64,000 nucleotides of DNA from Promethearchaeota archaeon (GTDB taxonomy: Archaea; Asgardarchaeota; Lokiarchaeia; Sigyniarchaeales; SOKP01): NCBI GenBank assembly GCA_030599585.1, contig JAUVNS010000015.1, positions 41,310 through 105,309 of the forward strand. The letters are read 5' to 3'. Positions 11,102 to 21,647 of the stretch are shown in pieces. Position 1 is the first letter of the stretch, and each line of letters begins with the position of its first letter. The notes beneath the pieces are model-generated. The model made no database searches and was not told the DNA's origin. It saw only the letters and a program-made list of their open reading frames with translations. Both the position numbers and the translations under genes were made by a program.

Positions 11102-12022
11102 TTAATCCACCCCCTTAATGGGATTTAAAGATATTTTATTCTTAAAAAAAAAAGAAAAGTTCTTAACATGTTTAGAACTGTTTTCATCTCTTAGTACGAC
11201 TTTATTCTTAGTAATATTTTCAACTAAATATGTGACCTTATTGATTACAACAATGTCATTTTTCTTAACTGGTAAGAATTTTATAAGGGCTTTTAATCTA
11301 TAAAGACCTCTTCCTTTTTGAGAATCTCTACCTACCAACTTTTTTGTCCGATTTAAAATAAAGGTAAAATTCGCTTTCATATGTGAAATAATTCGGTTCA
11401 TCAACTCGTTTGTGCTTAAGTAGAGATCCACACCAAGATTTTGATCTTCTATTTTTGAAATATACTGAGTTTGATTTTTAGCAAATAGATTTTCTACGAA
11501 AATCGAGATATGGCCTAAAGCTTCTTCAATAACTCCAAATTGAGACCTATCAGTCACCCTCAATTGGATAATCGAAATGTAATACATTCCTGCTCTTAAA
11601 TTAGTGCAATTTTTACATAAATCATAATTAATGTTCAGTTTTAGGGTATGTTGATGTGATATCTTTTGATCATCCCTTAATTTCCCCAATACAGTAACAT
11701 CCATAGAAGTTAATAAATCTCGCGAAGAGTATACAAGTCTATCGAATGAGAACGAGAATATTATCATATCTTGTTTTACGTATTTTTTTAATAAAAAACG
11801 AATTAACGCTGCTTCAATGATTTTGAACAAATCTTTACTTTCAGATGCTGTCCAAACCTCTTTTTTAGCATAATTTTGGCAATCAATACATAACTTAAAG
11901 TTATAATTATTAGGCAACTCAAACAATGGATTTTCGGTTAAATAACAATTAAGGCACATACCAAAATGAGGTGCAAATTCATCAATTACTGTACCACATA
12001 TCGCACAAAATCTGTGAGGCAT
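11102..12022 (-). CDS. nmd3: NMD3 family large-subunit maturation protein
   Basis: Repeated CxxC pairs, YYISIIQLR, KKLVGRD..KGR.LYR. Confidence 0.85.
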   Translation of the reverse strand: MPHRFCAICGTVIDEFAPHFGMCLNCYLTENPLFELPNNYNFKLCIDCQNYAKKEVWTASESKDLFKIIEAALIRFLLKKYVKQDMIIFSFSFDRLVYSSRDLLTSMDVTVLGKLRDDQKISHQHTLKLNINYDLCKNCTNLRAGMYYISIIQLRVTDRSQFGVIEEALGHISIFVENLFAKNQTQYISKIEDQNLGVDLYLSTNELMNRIISHMKANFTFILNRTKKLVGRDSQKGRGLYRLKALIKFLPVKKNDIVVINKVTYLVENITKNKVVLRDENSSKHVKNFSFFFKNKISLNPIKGVD

Positions 12023-12318
12023 TAAAACATCATTTTCATAGCCATTGGAATTTTATTAATTTTTCTAACTCCTTCTTTGGGAAGTATTTTCTGAGCTATA
12101 GCCATGTTTGTTATATTTTCTCCAACTATATTAAAGTATGACGCTCCTCTTAATATTTCAATTGCTTTGTCGATAGCTAGAAGATCCCCCCCAAAAAAGG
12201 CGGAACCAATCTCAAGTCTTAAATTGCCTTCAGTAAAAATTTTATTTAATAATTCTTCGTCGCAACAAGCAATTGTCTCCATGTCGCTGCGTCTATGGAT
12301 TTTAAGATATACTTTCAT
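12022..12318 (-). CDS. DUF424 family protein
   Basis: IACCDEELL, FFGG, NIVG; conserved archaeal context. Confidence 0.85.
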   Translation of the reverse strand: MKVYLKIHRRSDMETIACCDEELLNKIFTEGNLRLEIGSAFFGGDLLAIDKAIEILRGASYFNIVGENITNMAIAQKILPKEGVRKINKIPMAMKMMF

Positions 12319-12339
12319 TTCGCACTCATTAACATATGG

Positions 12340-12762
12340 TTATTTCTCTTTAATTTCTTCTCTCGCTCCGCAAGCTGTGCATTTAAGAAAAATCTTTTTA
12401 CCTTCTTTTTGAATGTCCGTATCTGGTTTATTGCAGATTTTACATCGTACGTAAGTTTTCGAGTAAACCTCAATGAGTCTATTTAATACTTGTTCCTTGT
12501 AAATACCCTTTAAAAACAATTGTTGCCCCCGTATTTCTCCCATGGTCCCTACTTTTTTGAGAAATATTCCTATAAAATGCTTCCGATCTCTATTTAAAAT
12601 ATTGATAATCCTGTTAAAGTTTGTAATGTAAGTGTTTTTTGCTTCAAATCTTATCTGAACTTTAGGTATCTCAAATCTAGATAACTTCTTTACATTCTCC
12701 GGAATGTTTTCATAAGCTTTATCAATTAATTCGTCATAATTATTTATATCCATTTCATTCAA
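12340..12762 (-). CDS. eif2b: Translation initiation factor 2 beta subunit
   Basis: RFEIP, TYITNF, YVRCKICNKPDT...CTACGA. Confidence 0.95.
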   Translation of the reverse strand: MNEMDINNYDELIDKAYENIPENVKKLSRFEIPKVQIRFEAKNTYITNFNRIINILNRDRKHFIGIFLKKVGTMGEIRGQQLFLKGIYKEQVLNRLIEVYSKTYVRCKICNKPDTDIQKEGKKIFLKCTACGAREEIKEK

Positions 12763-12870
12763 CCTGTTCTTAATATTTCTACATTGTTCTAGAATTTACC
12801 TTACAAAATTAATTTTACGATTTTGAGAATGAAATTAGCAATAAAGAGTAAATCTTGTGAATGATGCTGT

Positions 12871-13623
12871 TTAGTAACTTTGGTAGATATTTTCTTCAGT
12901 TGGATAAATCCTTGATTCCATAACTAAGTCGTTAATATAAGTTCTTAGTTTGTTTTCAGAAACTTTCGTTCTTCGCTGTAATTCTTCAAGACTTATTCCG
13001 TTCCCGTCTTGTGAATACTCATAAATTATGGTAAAAATATCTTCTTTAACTTTATCTACTTTAGGCGATTTCGTTTCACTAAACAGTTTTTCTACATCAA
13101 TATCGCTCGGTATGTCGTCAAAAAACGTATCTTCTTCTAACTCAGAGCCAGTATCTTCAGGGATCTCATGGAGATCTCCAGATTTGATTTTTTTAATTAC
13201 ATCAGCTTCTCTTAACAAAACATAGTTAGGGTCATTTATTTTCTTGATAAAGGCGATATTGTTAATTTGGACTTTCTCACCAAAAAAACCAATTCTTCCT
13301 AATACATCAACTAATACTCCTTTAGTTCTATCTCTATAATTTTCTACATCTACATCCCACTTTACAGCAGAAATGATACCTGTGCCGTCATCAAGTTCAA
13401 ATCTTAAATTGGTGCTAACTTCTTCCGTTGGAGAATTAATATCGGAACTTCTCTTACTCATAAATTCTTCTCGATTAGTGATTGTAGCAACAATTCTAAC
13501 TCTTTTAAGAGTTCCAAAAATGGTATATAGCGAATTCTTCGGAGTTATATACCTACCTTCTAACAGATGCTTTATCAAACAACGAATTGGAGGTGTGTAT
13601 TCGTAAGATCTTGCGGCATTCAT
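12871..13623 (-). CDS. RPA2/RPA32-like OB-fold protein with C-terminal winged helix
   Basis: RVRIVATI, ELDDGTG, VDVLG OB fold; acidic linker; GISLEEL...INDLVMESRIY winged helix. Confidence 0.75.
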   Translation of the reverse strand: MNAARSYEYTPPIRCLIKHLLEGRYITPKNSLYTIFGTLKRVRIVATITNREEFMSKRSSDINSPTEEVSTNLRFELDDGTGIISAVKWDVDVENYRDRTKGVLVDVLGRIGFFGEKVQINNIAFIKKINDPNYVLLREADVIKKIKSGDLHEIPEDTGSELEEDTFFDDIPSDIDVEKLFSETKSPKVDKVKEDIFTIIYEYSQDGNGISLEELQRRTKVSENKLRTYINDLVMESRIYPTEENIYQSY

Positions 13624-13872
13624 AATTAAAACATTTTTTCTTTTCTTTTATATTATTTTTAAACTATATCGCATAAAGAAATGATTATTAAATGCTAAAT
13701 ATAACCTAATTAATCTAAATTTTATTCTTTTATAAAATGATATTTTTGAAAATGAATAATTCCTTATTGATTTATTATTATTGAAGTTAAAGAGGTATTA
13801 AGTTTTCAAAATACTATAGAAAATTTCAAGAGAACTGTAAAAAAGAGACTGAGACTACCAACAATAAAAGAA

Positions 13873-14000
13873 TGGTAGCGGGGGTTCGATTTGAACGAAC
13901 GATCTCAGGGTTTCTCATCCAAAAGCGTGAAAAATTTATTTTTTCCACACATTATTAAGATATGAGCCCTGCGGCATAAACCAGGCTAGCCCACCCCGCT
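13873..14000 (-). tRNA. Initiator tRNA-Met (CAT) with 49-nt intron at 37/38 (13912-13960) and encoded CCA
   Basis: Reverse complement folds as a cloverleaf AGCGGGG...CCCCGCT-ACCA; A1:U72 and GGG/CCC anticodon stem are initiator identity elements; BHB helix CUCA/UGAG with 3-nt bulges. Confidence 0.93.
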
Positions 14001-14157
14001 TAGGTTTTTTTTATGAGCATCACTCTTAAAATATAGATCATATAATTATTTTTTCTATTAATTTCTTTTCATTTTTGAAGTAGATATTAGTGGTGTTTTT
14101 TTAGTACAATCTATATTATCATGTAATTATTTAAAATAAACTCACAAATTTATTGAA

Positions 14158-14853
14158 ATGGCTGATTCTCATTCAAAAAGCTTTTTTGGGCAGAATACAG
14201 GGATAATTGTTAGCAGTTCTTCAAGTTCAGATCCATTTATGTTTATCCATTGTTTTAAAAAAAAACCAAATGGAGTTTGGGAAAAACCATCATATAGTGA
14301 GGGCAAAGCGGTTAAGTTTTCATTAGAAGAGATCGTAATGATATTAAGAGTTTTGAACCATAAAACTCAAAAATGGCAATGTCAACACGTCTTTAAAGAT
14401 AAAGAAACCTCCGTATTTTTTAATTGGGAAGATATTAATCATGAAGTTCTTTGGATCAATGTAGGTAATTACTCAAAAAGGCTCCATTTAGCTCAAACTG
14501 AAATTTTGCGTCTTCTTTTAACCCATTTCCTTAATGAAAAAATAGTATATTCTACCTTACAAAAGAAACGCAATCAAAAAAATCAGTTCCAATCAAACAA
14601 CCATAACATCCAGTTAGATGATAAAATCCTTTCGCATAAACCTAAAAATACGAAAAAACCCCCAAATGACACCAGTGATCTTTATGGATCTATCGTAGGA
14701 GAAACGGAAAAAGCAGTTTTAATTGACTTTAAAAACAAAGAAGAGTGGATACCAAAATCTGCCATAAGTAACCAATATCTTCCAAAGAAAAATGTTAAAC
14801 AAAAATTTCTGATTAATAATTGGATTTTAAAGAAATTAGAATTAATTATATAG
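14158..14853 (+). CDS. Hypothetical protein
   Basis: 231-aa ORF; C-terminal ETEKAVLI...WIPKS module. Confidence 0.7.
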   Translation: MADSHSKSFFGQNTGIIVSSSSSSDPFMFIHCFKKKPNGVWEKPSYSEGKAVKFSLEEIVMILRVLNHKTQKWQCQHVFKDKETSVFFNWEDINHEVLWINVGNYSKRLHLAQTEILRLLLTHFLNEKIVYSTLQKKRNQKNQFQSNNHNIQLDDKILSHKPKNTKKPPNDTSDLYGSIVGETEKAVLIDFKNKEEWIPKSAISNQYLPKKNVKQKFLINNWILKKLELII

Positions 14854-14946
14854 CTAGCAAATACATTTTTAAAATAAAAAGAATAACCTTAATTTTTACT
14901 CTAAATTAACCTTTCTATCACAATAATTAGCATTTACTAGCGTTTT

Positions 14947-16740
14947 ATGACCTTACTCGATCTTATTGTAGATTTCTTATTAAACCCTTGGTTTATCATC
15001 TCTTTAGTTTTTTGGGTTATTGTGTTTATTTTTGTCTTTTTACTCAGAAACAAAAAAGAGGCTTACACTTTATTTTTCCCTTTACTCGCTATGTTTAAGA
15101 CCAAAAAACTCAATAACCTCATTCAAAGAATATCGAAAAAAGGCCCTCGATTTTGGAGAATATTTTGGAATATTGGCATATTTGTATCTTTTGGATTTAC
15201 AATTTATGGTTTTTACTTTTTCTATAGTAACATTTTAAACCTTTTGTTCCAACCTAGCATAGAAAACGCTTTTGTTCTCCTTATCCCCGGGGTTACAATC
15301 GACCTACCAGTCTTCATGTACCTGTTATTGCCGCTATTATTTATAGTGACGACACACGAATTTGCTCATGGTATTTCTGCTAGTATTGATGGGGTAGAAA
15401 TTAAATCAACAGGTGTACTCGGAGCTGGTTTGTTTTTTTTAGTTGGGTTTGGCGCTTTTGTAGAAGTTGATGAGAGAACATTAAGATCGTCGAAATTTAA
15501 AAGAAACACTCGGTTAAGAATAGCTGCTGCAGGAACATATGTGAATGCTATAACTGCAGGTGTAGCGTTCCTATTAATATTAAGTTTTCCAGCTATAGTT
15601 TCTCCTTTCTATGTACAAACAGTTCAAATTAATAACGTGTTAACGCCTCAAGAGGGAGGTTTTAATTACGGAAACCTTGAGAGTGGAGATGCTATAGTTG
15701 CAATCAAACGTCAAAACGATCCTGATAGCCAATTTTTAAACCTTGATTTATCTCAGGACATTAGTCTTACTTCAATACTGAGTAATTCTACTAGCGTTAA
15801 ATTCGCAATAGGAGATAATCTAACTTTTAGTACTTACAATCCATCTAGCGATTCCTACTCTAAGAAAAATGTTACTGTGGGTCCTCGATATGATATAGGA
15901 ATCCGTTATGCGTATATTCCAAATGGTACAGGATTAATTATTACTTATAATTATTCGAGTAGTACTGCAACAAACATACTCATATCCAAAGTGAATGGTA
16001 CGGCTATAAATGTCTCAAATGACGATACTTTAGCATTGTTGCTAACTGACTTTAATCTAAAAGCTATAAACCTGACAACTGTCTCAGGAAAAGATTATAT
16101 TTTAGATGTAGAAATTGTTGGCGTTTATATTGGTGTTCAAAGTAATTCTTATTGGATGCATAAAAATGACTTTGCAAAATTTTTTACGAGTAATTGGCCA
16201 GATTTCCTAATCAGAGAGCTTATATGGCTTTTTATAATATCTTTTAGCATAACCCTGTTTAATATGATGCCCCTACCCATTTTTGACGGGGATAGATTCC
16301 TAAAAGAATTAATTGATTGGATATTTGGCGAAGACTATAAATCTAAAAAGAAAAAGATTGATAGATTAATCTATAAAGGAACTGATACGGAGTGCAAATT
16401 AACAGAATACCGAGTTGAAAATATAGAATACGTTAAAATTCTTCTGAAGGAGGATAATAAGGGTATACAAAATGGTGAAGTCCTCTTGGGAAAAGATAAT
16501 TATGAATTAGTAGACTCAATAGGAGACGGATATAAAGATACTGTATCCGTGAAACTTCCTGAAACTACGAAACTAAAAAAAAATTCAGTCTTTGAAGTTT
16601 CTTTCGAATACTTGTACGATGATAAACGAAAAATTAAAAAGATTGTTTTAAATACGGTAAGATTTGTAGCGCTAGGGCTTATTCTTGGGAACTTCGTGCT
16701 ATCATTTTCGCTATTTGGATTTAATCTTCTTGGTTTTTAA
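14947..16740 (+). CDS. Site-2 protease (peptidase M50) with PDZ-like insert
   Basis: HEFAH, GAFVE, AAAGTYVN, FNMMPLPIFDG; multiple TM segments. Confidence 0.92.
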   Translation: MTLLDLIVDFLLNPWFIISLVFWVIVFIFVFLLRNKKEAYTLFFPLLAMFKTKKLNNLIQRISKKGPRFWRIFWNIGIFVSFGFTIYGFYFFYSNILNLLFQPSIENAFVLLIPGVTIDLPVFMYLLLPLLFIVTTHEFAHGISASIDGVEIKSTGVLGAGLFFLVGFGAFVEVDERTLRSSKFKRNTRLRIAAAGTYVNAITAGVAFLLILSFPAIVSPFYVQTVQINNVLTPQEGGFNYGNLESGDAIVAIKRQNDPDSQFLNLDLSQDISLTSILSNSTSVKFAIGDNLTFSTYNPSSDSYSKKNVTVGPRYDIGIRYAYIPNGTGLIITYNYSSSTATNILISKVNGTAINVSNDDTLALLLTDFNLKAINLTTVSGKDYILDVEIVGVYIGVQSNSYWMHKNDFAKFFTSNWPDFLIRELIWLFIISFSITLFNMMPLPIFDGDRFLKELIDWIFGEDYKSKKKKIDRLIYKGTDTECKLTEYRVENIEYVKILLKEDNKGIQNGEVLLGKDNYELVDSIGDGYKDTVSVKLPETTKLKKNSVFEVSFEYLYDDKRKIKKIVLNTVRFVALGLILGNFVLSFSLFGFNLLGF

Positions 16741-16753
16741 TTATATTGCTGAT

Positions 16754-17755
16754 GTGATTTTCATAAACAATATTGATAGCTCCTATAATATTTTTCTAAA
16801 AACTGGTACATGCGACTATTGCAGTAAAAATTCGCTGGTAGTTCACAGAAAATATTCTGGCGAATTAATATGCACTAATTGTTTTACGAAAAGAATTGAG
16901 AAAAATATTTACCAGACAATATCTAAATATAAAATGTTAAAACCAAAAGATAAAATCGTAGTGGGTATCTCTGGTGGAAAAGACTCTCTTTCTTTACTAT
17001 ATAACCTTAAGCAAATTCAAGCAAATAGTTATCATTCGAATCCATTAATAGCAGTAACTATCGATGAAGGGATTAGAGATTATAGAAGTAATAGTACAAA
17101 GAACGCAATTGAATTCTGTAAACAGCATAAAATAAAACATGAAATAGTTTCGTTTAAAGAGAAAACCGGTAAAACATTAGATGAGATAGTAGAATTGAAA
17201 AAGAGAGCTACTAAAAATACATATGCTTGCAATTTTTGTGCTACTCTTAGAAGAAGAATCTTAAACGAAACCGCAAAAAACTTAGGCGCTGATGTCCTCG
17301 CAATGGGTCATAATTTAACAGATATAGCAGAAACTTATTTAATGAATATTCTTTTTAAAAGATTCAAGCTTATTGCTAATCAGTATCTTTTCAAAGAAGA
17401 AAGTAAAGAAATTAAGAAGTATTTCGTTAGACGAATCACTCCGCTAATGAAAATTCCAGAAGAAGAAATATATCTCTACGCAAACCTAAAAAAAATCAAT
17501 TATTACCCTTCTCATTGCCCCTACAGAGAAGAAGATCCAATTTTAAGGAAACGTGTTCTAGATTTCATTCAAGAATGCAAAAAATTTAGCCCTGAAATAG
17601 AATTCAATTTACTGAACGGATTTTTGGAGAGTTCTGAAATTTTTTCTAAACATTACATACATAAATCATATAATACTTGTAAAAAATGTGGGTATCCGTG
17701 CGGTAAAACAAATATCTGTTTATACTGCAAATATCTAAGTGAGTTTAGAAACTAG
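16754..17755 (+). CDS. tRNA 2-thiolation protein TtuA/Ncs6 (CTU1) family
   Basis: N- and C-terminal Zn fingers, SGGKDS, CNFC..LRR, GHNLTD, CPY; in-frame GTG at 16754. Confidence 0.9.
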   Translation: MIFINNIDSSYNIFLKTGTCDYCSKNSLVVHRKYSGELICTNCFTKRIEKNIYQTISKYKMLKPKDKIVVGISGGKDSLSLLYNLKQIQANSYHSNPLIAVTIDEGIRDYRSNSTKNAIEFCKQHKIKHEIVSFKEKTGKTLDEIVELKKRATKNTYACNFCATLRRRILNETAKNLGADVLAMGHNLTDIAETYLMNILFKRFKLIANQYLFKEESKEIKKYFVRRITPLMKIPEEEIYLYANLKKINYYPSHCPYREEDPILRKRVLDFIQECKKFSPEIEFNLLNGFLESSEIFSKHYIHKSYNTCKKCGYPCGKTNICLYCKYLSEFRN

Positions 17756-17757
17756 TT

Positions 17758-18753
17758 TCATTTGACGAGTTGCTCTCCGAATATTTTCAAATCATCATAT
17801 TCTCTGATTTCCCCTCTAAAAAGCGGAATTTCGATAAGTTTTTTGCCAAGTTCATCTCTAAAAACTTTCTGAATTTTAAACAAATTACTAGCTTGCATCT
17901 TTCTTCTCGATCGGCAAAAATCACATAAATCTTCTTCATCTTGATATAATTGGTTTACCACAATATTTGAAACAGGGATGTTATATTTTAGTAGTTCACT
18001 TAAAAGGCGTCCCGTCTCTGAAATAGCCATTTCTTCCGGTATCATTACTACAACAAACGAGTTTATCGTGGGGTTAGTAAGATCATCTCGTGCTCTAACG
18101 ATTGAATCTTTTAATCTCTCTAAAACTTCCAATGAATTATCTTTTTTTTTTTCTCCGCTTGTAAAAAGACTCTTCATCATTCCCATAAGATTTCCTAATT
18201 TTAATCTCATCTTCAATAATTTACCTATCCAGCCTGATAACGTTTCTGGAAGGCTTAAAAATCTCAATGTATGACCCGTTGGGGCCGTGTCAAATATCAC
18301 TAAATCGTAATCGTGATCAGTTTCTATAAATTCTAAAACCTTTAATAATGCGAAAGCTTCGTCTATCCCAGGAGGACTCATTGAGGTGATATCTTGTAAA
18401 TCTTCCATCATTGGTAATCCGCCCATTATATCTGGCATTTCCATTCCTTCTCCCGGGCTCATACCAGTTAAACTTTTATATTCTGACATATCCGCTTTAG
18501 GGTCTATTTCTAAAGCAGTTAAGTGTTTTACACCAGGTATTTTTGTTGGTTCTCCGGGGGGAAGTGCTATCCCAAAACTGTCTCCTAAAGAATGAGCGGG
18601 ATCAGTACTGATAATTAAAGTGTTTCTTCCGTGTTCTGCTGCCCAGATCGCAGAACTTGAAGCGCAGGTTGTTTTTCCGACGCCTCCTTTCCCACCAAAC
18701 ATTATTATCTTTAAACTTAATAACATTTCAGATAAGTTCATATTATTCCACAC
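17758..18753 (-). CDS. ArsA/Get3 (TRC40) family ATPase
   Basis: GGKGGVGKTT, STDPAHSL, PGIDE, DTAPTGHTLRFL, CDFC; Met-rich insert. Confidence 0.92.
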   Translation of the reverse strand: MWNNMNLSEMLLSLKIIMFGGKGGVGKTTCASSSAIWAAEHGRNTLIISTDPAHSLGDSFGIALPPGEPTKIPGVKHLTALEIDPKADMSEYKSLTGMSPGEGMEMPDIMGGLPMMEDLQDITSMSPPGIDEAFALLKVLEFIETDHDYDLVIFDTAPTGHTLRFLSLPETLSGWIGKLLKMRLKLGNLMGMMKSLFTSGEKKKDNSLEVLERLKDSIVRARDDLTNPTINSFVVVMIPEEMAISETGRLLSELLKYNIPVSNIVVNQLYQDEEDLCDFCRSRRKMQASNLFKIQKVFRDELGKKLIEIPLFRGEIREYDDLKIFGEQLVK

Positions 18754-18831
18754 TAATCCTTCTAATTAATTTCTGTAATACTCTTACATTTTATTAATGA
18801 AGCTCATAAAATAAAAACTATAAAACTTACT

Positions 18832-20118
18832 CTAATAAGTTAATTTGAATCGAAGAATTGCGACTATTCCCCCGAAAGTGCTATATAACATTTCTCCTTC
18901 TTCAGTATCCGGAGAAATTATAATTACATCAGTTCCCATGGTTTCTGCTATGGAACCAAGCTCTTCAATTATTAGGACAGCATTGCTTACATTAAAGGTG
19001 TTAGAACCGCAATCAGGACAATTTTCATCTTGAATAGACAATTTTAATTTATTCACTTCCCGCTCCCGTGCTGTTCGAGATTCTTCGTATTTACAATTGG
19101 AACAAGTGATATTTACTTGATAAGTATCTAATTTTTCAGAAAGAATTAATTTGGCTACAGCACCCATATTTAAAGCTTTTTGCACTTCCTCAAGACCGTA
19201 TGCAACTAAACCAGTCTCTTTTGAAACCGCATTTAAAAATGATTGCATTACTTGTTTTTCTTTAATATACTTTACGTTAGCTATTTGATCTTTAATTTTA
19301 TGAATCAACGCACGGATTCCCTCAATTCCACCATAACCAAGATCAACAACATCCAAAATTTTCTCTCGTAATCGATAATCTAAACTTTCATCGTTTACAA
19401 ATTTTTCTTTAGAAGGTCCTGGTCCTCCTATGAAAATTCCTTGTAATTCTTCCATGCCTAAAAATAATTTGTTGACTTCATCAGAGATTCTTCTGTAAAA
19501 TCTCGTTTCTGCTTCTTCCATTTGCCGTTCGAATCTTTTCTGAGACTGCCCTCCAGCTTTATGCTTACCATGGACCCCGGAAGTAAAATCTCTCACTATT
19601 TCTACGTGGTTTCCTCTTAAATATCCTACAGCAGACTCCTTTCTACCTATACTAAGTAATCCATAAGTTTCCTTTGTTTCGAGCATATCCTCTAACGGCC
19701 ATAATAGAAACTCGCTTGCACAATGATATCTAAAGGTTAAAACTTTTTCAGGGGGATGGACAATATACATCTCATTCTTCTCTGTTCCAGGAGTATTGTT
19801 TTGCGGGATCGCACCAGAAAACATAACTAACCCATTTTCAGGAACTATTGTAATGTTTTTCAACTGACCTAAAAGACTTGATATGCTTTCTAAAACGTTT
19901 TTCCGAGTTAATTTTGACTTAATATTCTGACTTTCACTTACTTCATTCTTAAGGTGATTTGTAACATCAGAGATCTTACGATCGTGAGGAATATACAGCG
20001 AAACTAACTCCGTGTGAAAACCCTTCTTCTCCTTTAGCTGTTTAAGTAACCTCTTTGTTTGATATATTTGTAAATCATTACTTTTACGCTCTTCAGTTAA
20101 AGCCATAAGAATCAACAA
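18832..20118 (-). CDS. prf1: Peptide chain release factor aRF1
   Basis: NIKS, YHC (YxCxxxF), GGQS motifs. Confidence 0.97.
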   Translation of the reverse strand: MLILMALTEERKSNDLQIYQTKRLLKQLKEKKGFHTELVSLYIPHDRKISDVTNHLKNEVSESQNIKSKLTRKNVLESISSLLGQLKNITIVPENGLVMFSGAIPQNNTPGTEKNEMYIVHPPEKVLTFRYHCASEFLLWPLEDMLETKETYGLLSIGRKESAVGYLRGNHVEIVRDFTSGVHGKHKAGGQSQKRFERQMEEAETRFYRRISDEVNKLFLGMEELQGIFIGGPGPSKEKFVNDESLDYRLREKILDVVDLGYGGIEGIRALIHKIKDQIANVKYIKEKQVMQSFLNAVSKETGLVAYGLEEVQKALNMGAVAKLILSEKLDTYQVNITCSNCKYEESRTAREREVNKLKLSIQDENCPDCGSNTFNVSNAVLIIEELGSIAETMGTDVIIISPDTEEGEMLYSTFGGIVAILRFKLTY

Positions 20119-20199
20119 AAATTAAAAAGATCCAAAAGATTAATAGTTTTTCTTTATTTCAAACTATAAAAACAACGATATATGTGAAACCTTTAAATT

Positions 20200-20988
20200 A
20201 TGACACCTATTAATGACCAAAATCCCATAATCCCCATAGATCATCCCCGTTATGAAAGTTTAAAATATAGGCACAAGATAATTGAGGGAATGAAAAATTT
20301 AATTGTTGCTGAGGCCGGTTTAATTGCTCATGGGCGAGGAGAATGTTTTGATTACATGCTAGGGGAAACAACCAACGAGACAGCAAAAGAAGCTATAATT
20401 GCTGCAGTTGCATTGCTTCTTACAGCATCAAATGCCGTTATTAGCGTTAATGGAAACACTGCAGCTTTATGTCCAAATGAATTAGTAGAACTATCAGAGA
20501 TTATAAATGCACCACTTGAAATTAACCTATTTTATAGAAAAAAAGGAAGAATTGAAGCAATTAAGAATGTATTACAAGGTGCGGGAGCTAAAAAGATTCT
20601 GGGGCTCGACGAACGTATTATGGTCGAAATAGAAGAATTGTCTAGCAATAGAAGAAATGTGGATCCGAATGGTATAAAAATCGCTGATGTCGTATTCGTC
20701 CCCCTTGAGGACGGAGATAGAACAGAAGCTTTGAAAAAAATTGGGAAAATAGTAGTCGCAGTCGATTTAAATCCAATAAGTAGAACTTCTCTATGGGCTG
20801 ACATTACAATAGTAGACAATTTTATAAGAGTAATGCCGGAAATGATTAAGATTGCTAAGAAATTAAAAGACGCCGATGAAAAAGAACTAATAAATATTAT
20901 TAAAAGATTTGATAATAAAAAAAATATTCAAGCGTCTTTAAACACAATAATTAAATACACAAAAAAACAAAAAAAAAAGCTTTTATGA
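20200..20988 (+). CDS. 4-phosphopantoate--beta-alanine ligase (archaeal PPS)
   Basis: HPRYESL, GLIAHGRGECFDY, SVNGN, VPLEDGDR, DLNPISRT. Confidence 0.92.
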   Translation: MTPINDQNPIIPIDHPRYESLKYRHKIIEGMKNLIVAEAGLIAHGRGECFDYMLGETTNETAKEAIIAAVALLLTASNAVISVNGNTAALCPNELVELSEIINAPLEINLFYRKKGRIEAIKNVLQGAGAKKILGLDERIMVEIEELSSNRRNVDPNGIKIADVVFVPLEDGDRTEALKKIGKIVVAVDLNPISRTSLWADITIVDNFIRVMPEMIKIAKKLKDADEKELINIIKRFDNKKNIQASLNTIIKYTKKQKKKLL

Positions 20989-21114
20989 ATTTATGAAATT
21001 AAGGAACAGCATTTAAAGCTTTTAGTTAATTAAAAAAGCTTAAAAAGTTCTAAAATAATACTTATTTAGCAACTATTTAATATATAAAGAACAAGTTCTA
21101 GGGCTCATATAATA

Positions 21115-21639
21115 ATGGGTACAGAAAAAGATACGCAGATCAATTCCTCCAGCAATTTCCGCGACACCAACCCTATTGTGGTAAGAAGATGTACCCTAGA
21201 GGATCTAGAAGGCGTTATCAAAGTAAACGAACAAGAATTACCAGAAGATTACCCCTATTTCTTTTATAAAAGTATCCTAGATAATTATCCTGAGTCATTC
21301 CTCGTAGCGTGTAACAGTAATAAGGAAATTATCGGATACATAATGTGGAGAGTTGAAAGAACCCCCGCAATTACAAGCCTGAAATTAAAAAATAATGGAC
21401 ATCTCGTCTCTATTGCCGTCTTAAAAAACTATAGAAGATTAGGAATTGCTACCACGCTCCTATCTCACTCCATGAAAAAAATTAAAAAATACAAAATTGA
21501 CGAATACGTGTTAGAAGTAAGGATTAGCAACTTTGAAGCTACTAACTTATACAAGAGATTTAAGTTCATTACTCACAGCATAAAAGAAAAGTATTATAGA
21601 GACGGAGAAAATGCCTATTACATGGTCTTCAAAGCGTAA
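21115..21639 (+). CDS. N-terminal acetyltransferase (Ard1/RimI, GNAT)
   Basis: LPEDY, GHLVSIAV..YRRLGIA, LEVRISN, YYRDGENAY. Confidence 0.9.
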   Translation: MGTEKDTQINSSSNFRDTNPIVVRRCTLEDLEGVIKVNEQELPEDYPYFFYKSILDNYPESFLVACNSNKEIIGYIMWRVERTPAITSLKLKNNGHLVSIAVLKNYRRLGIATTLLSHSMKKIKKYKIDEYVLEVRISNFEATNLYKRFKFITHSIKEKYYRDGENAYYMVFKA

Positions 21640-21647
21640 ACATCAAA

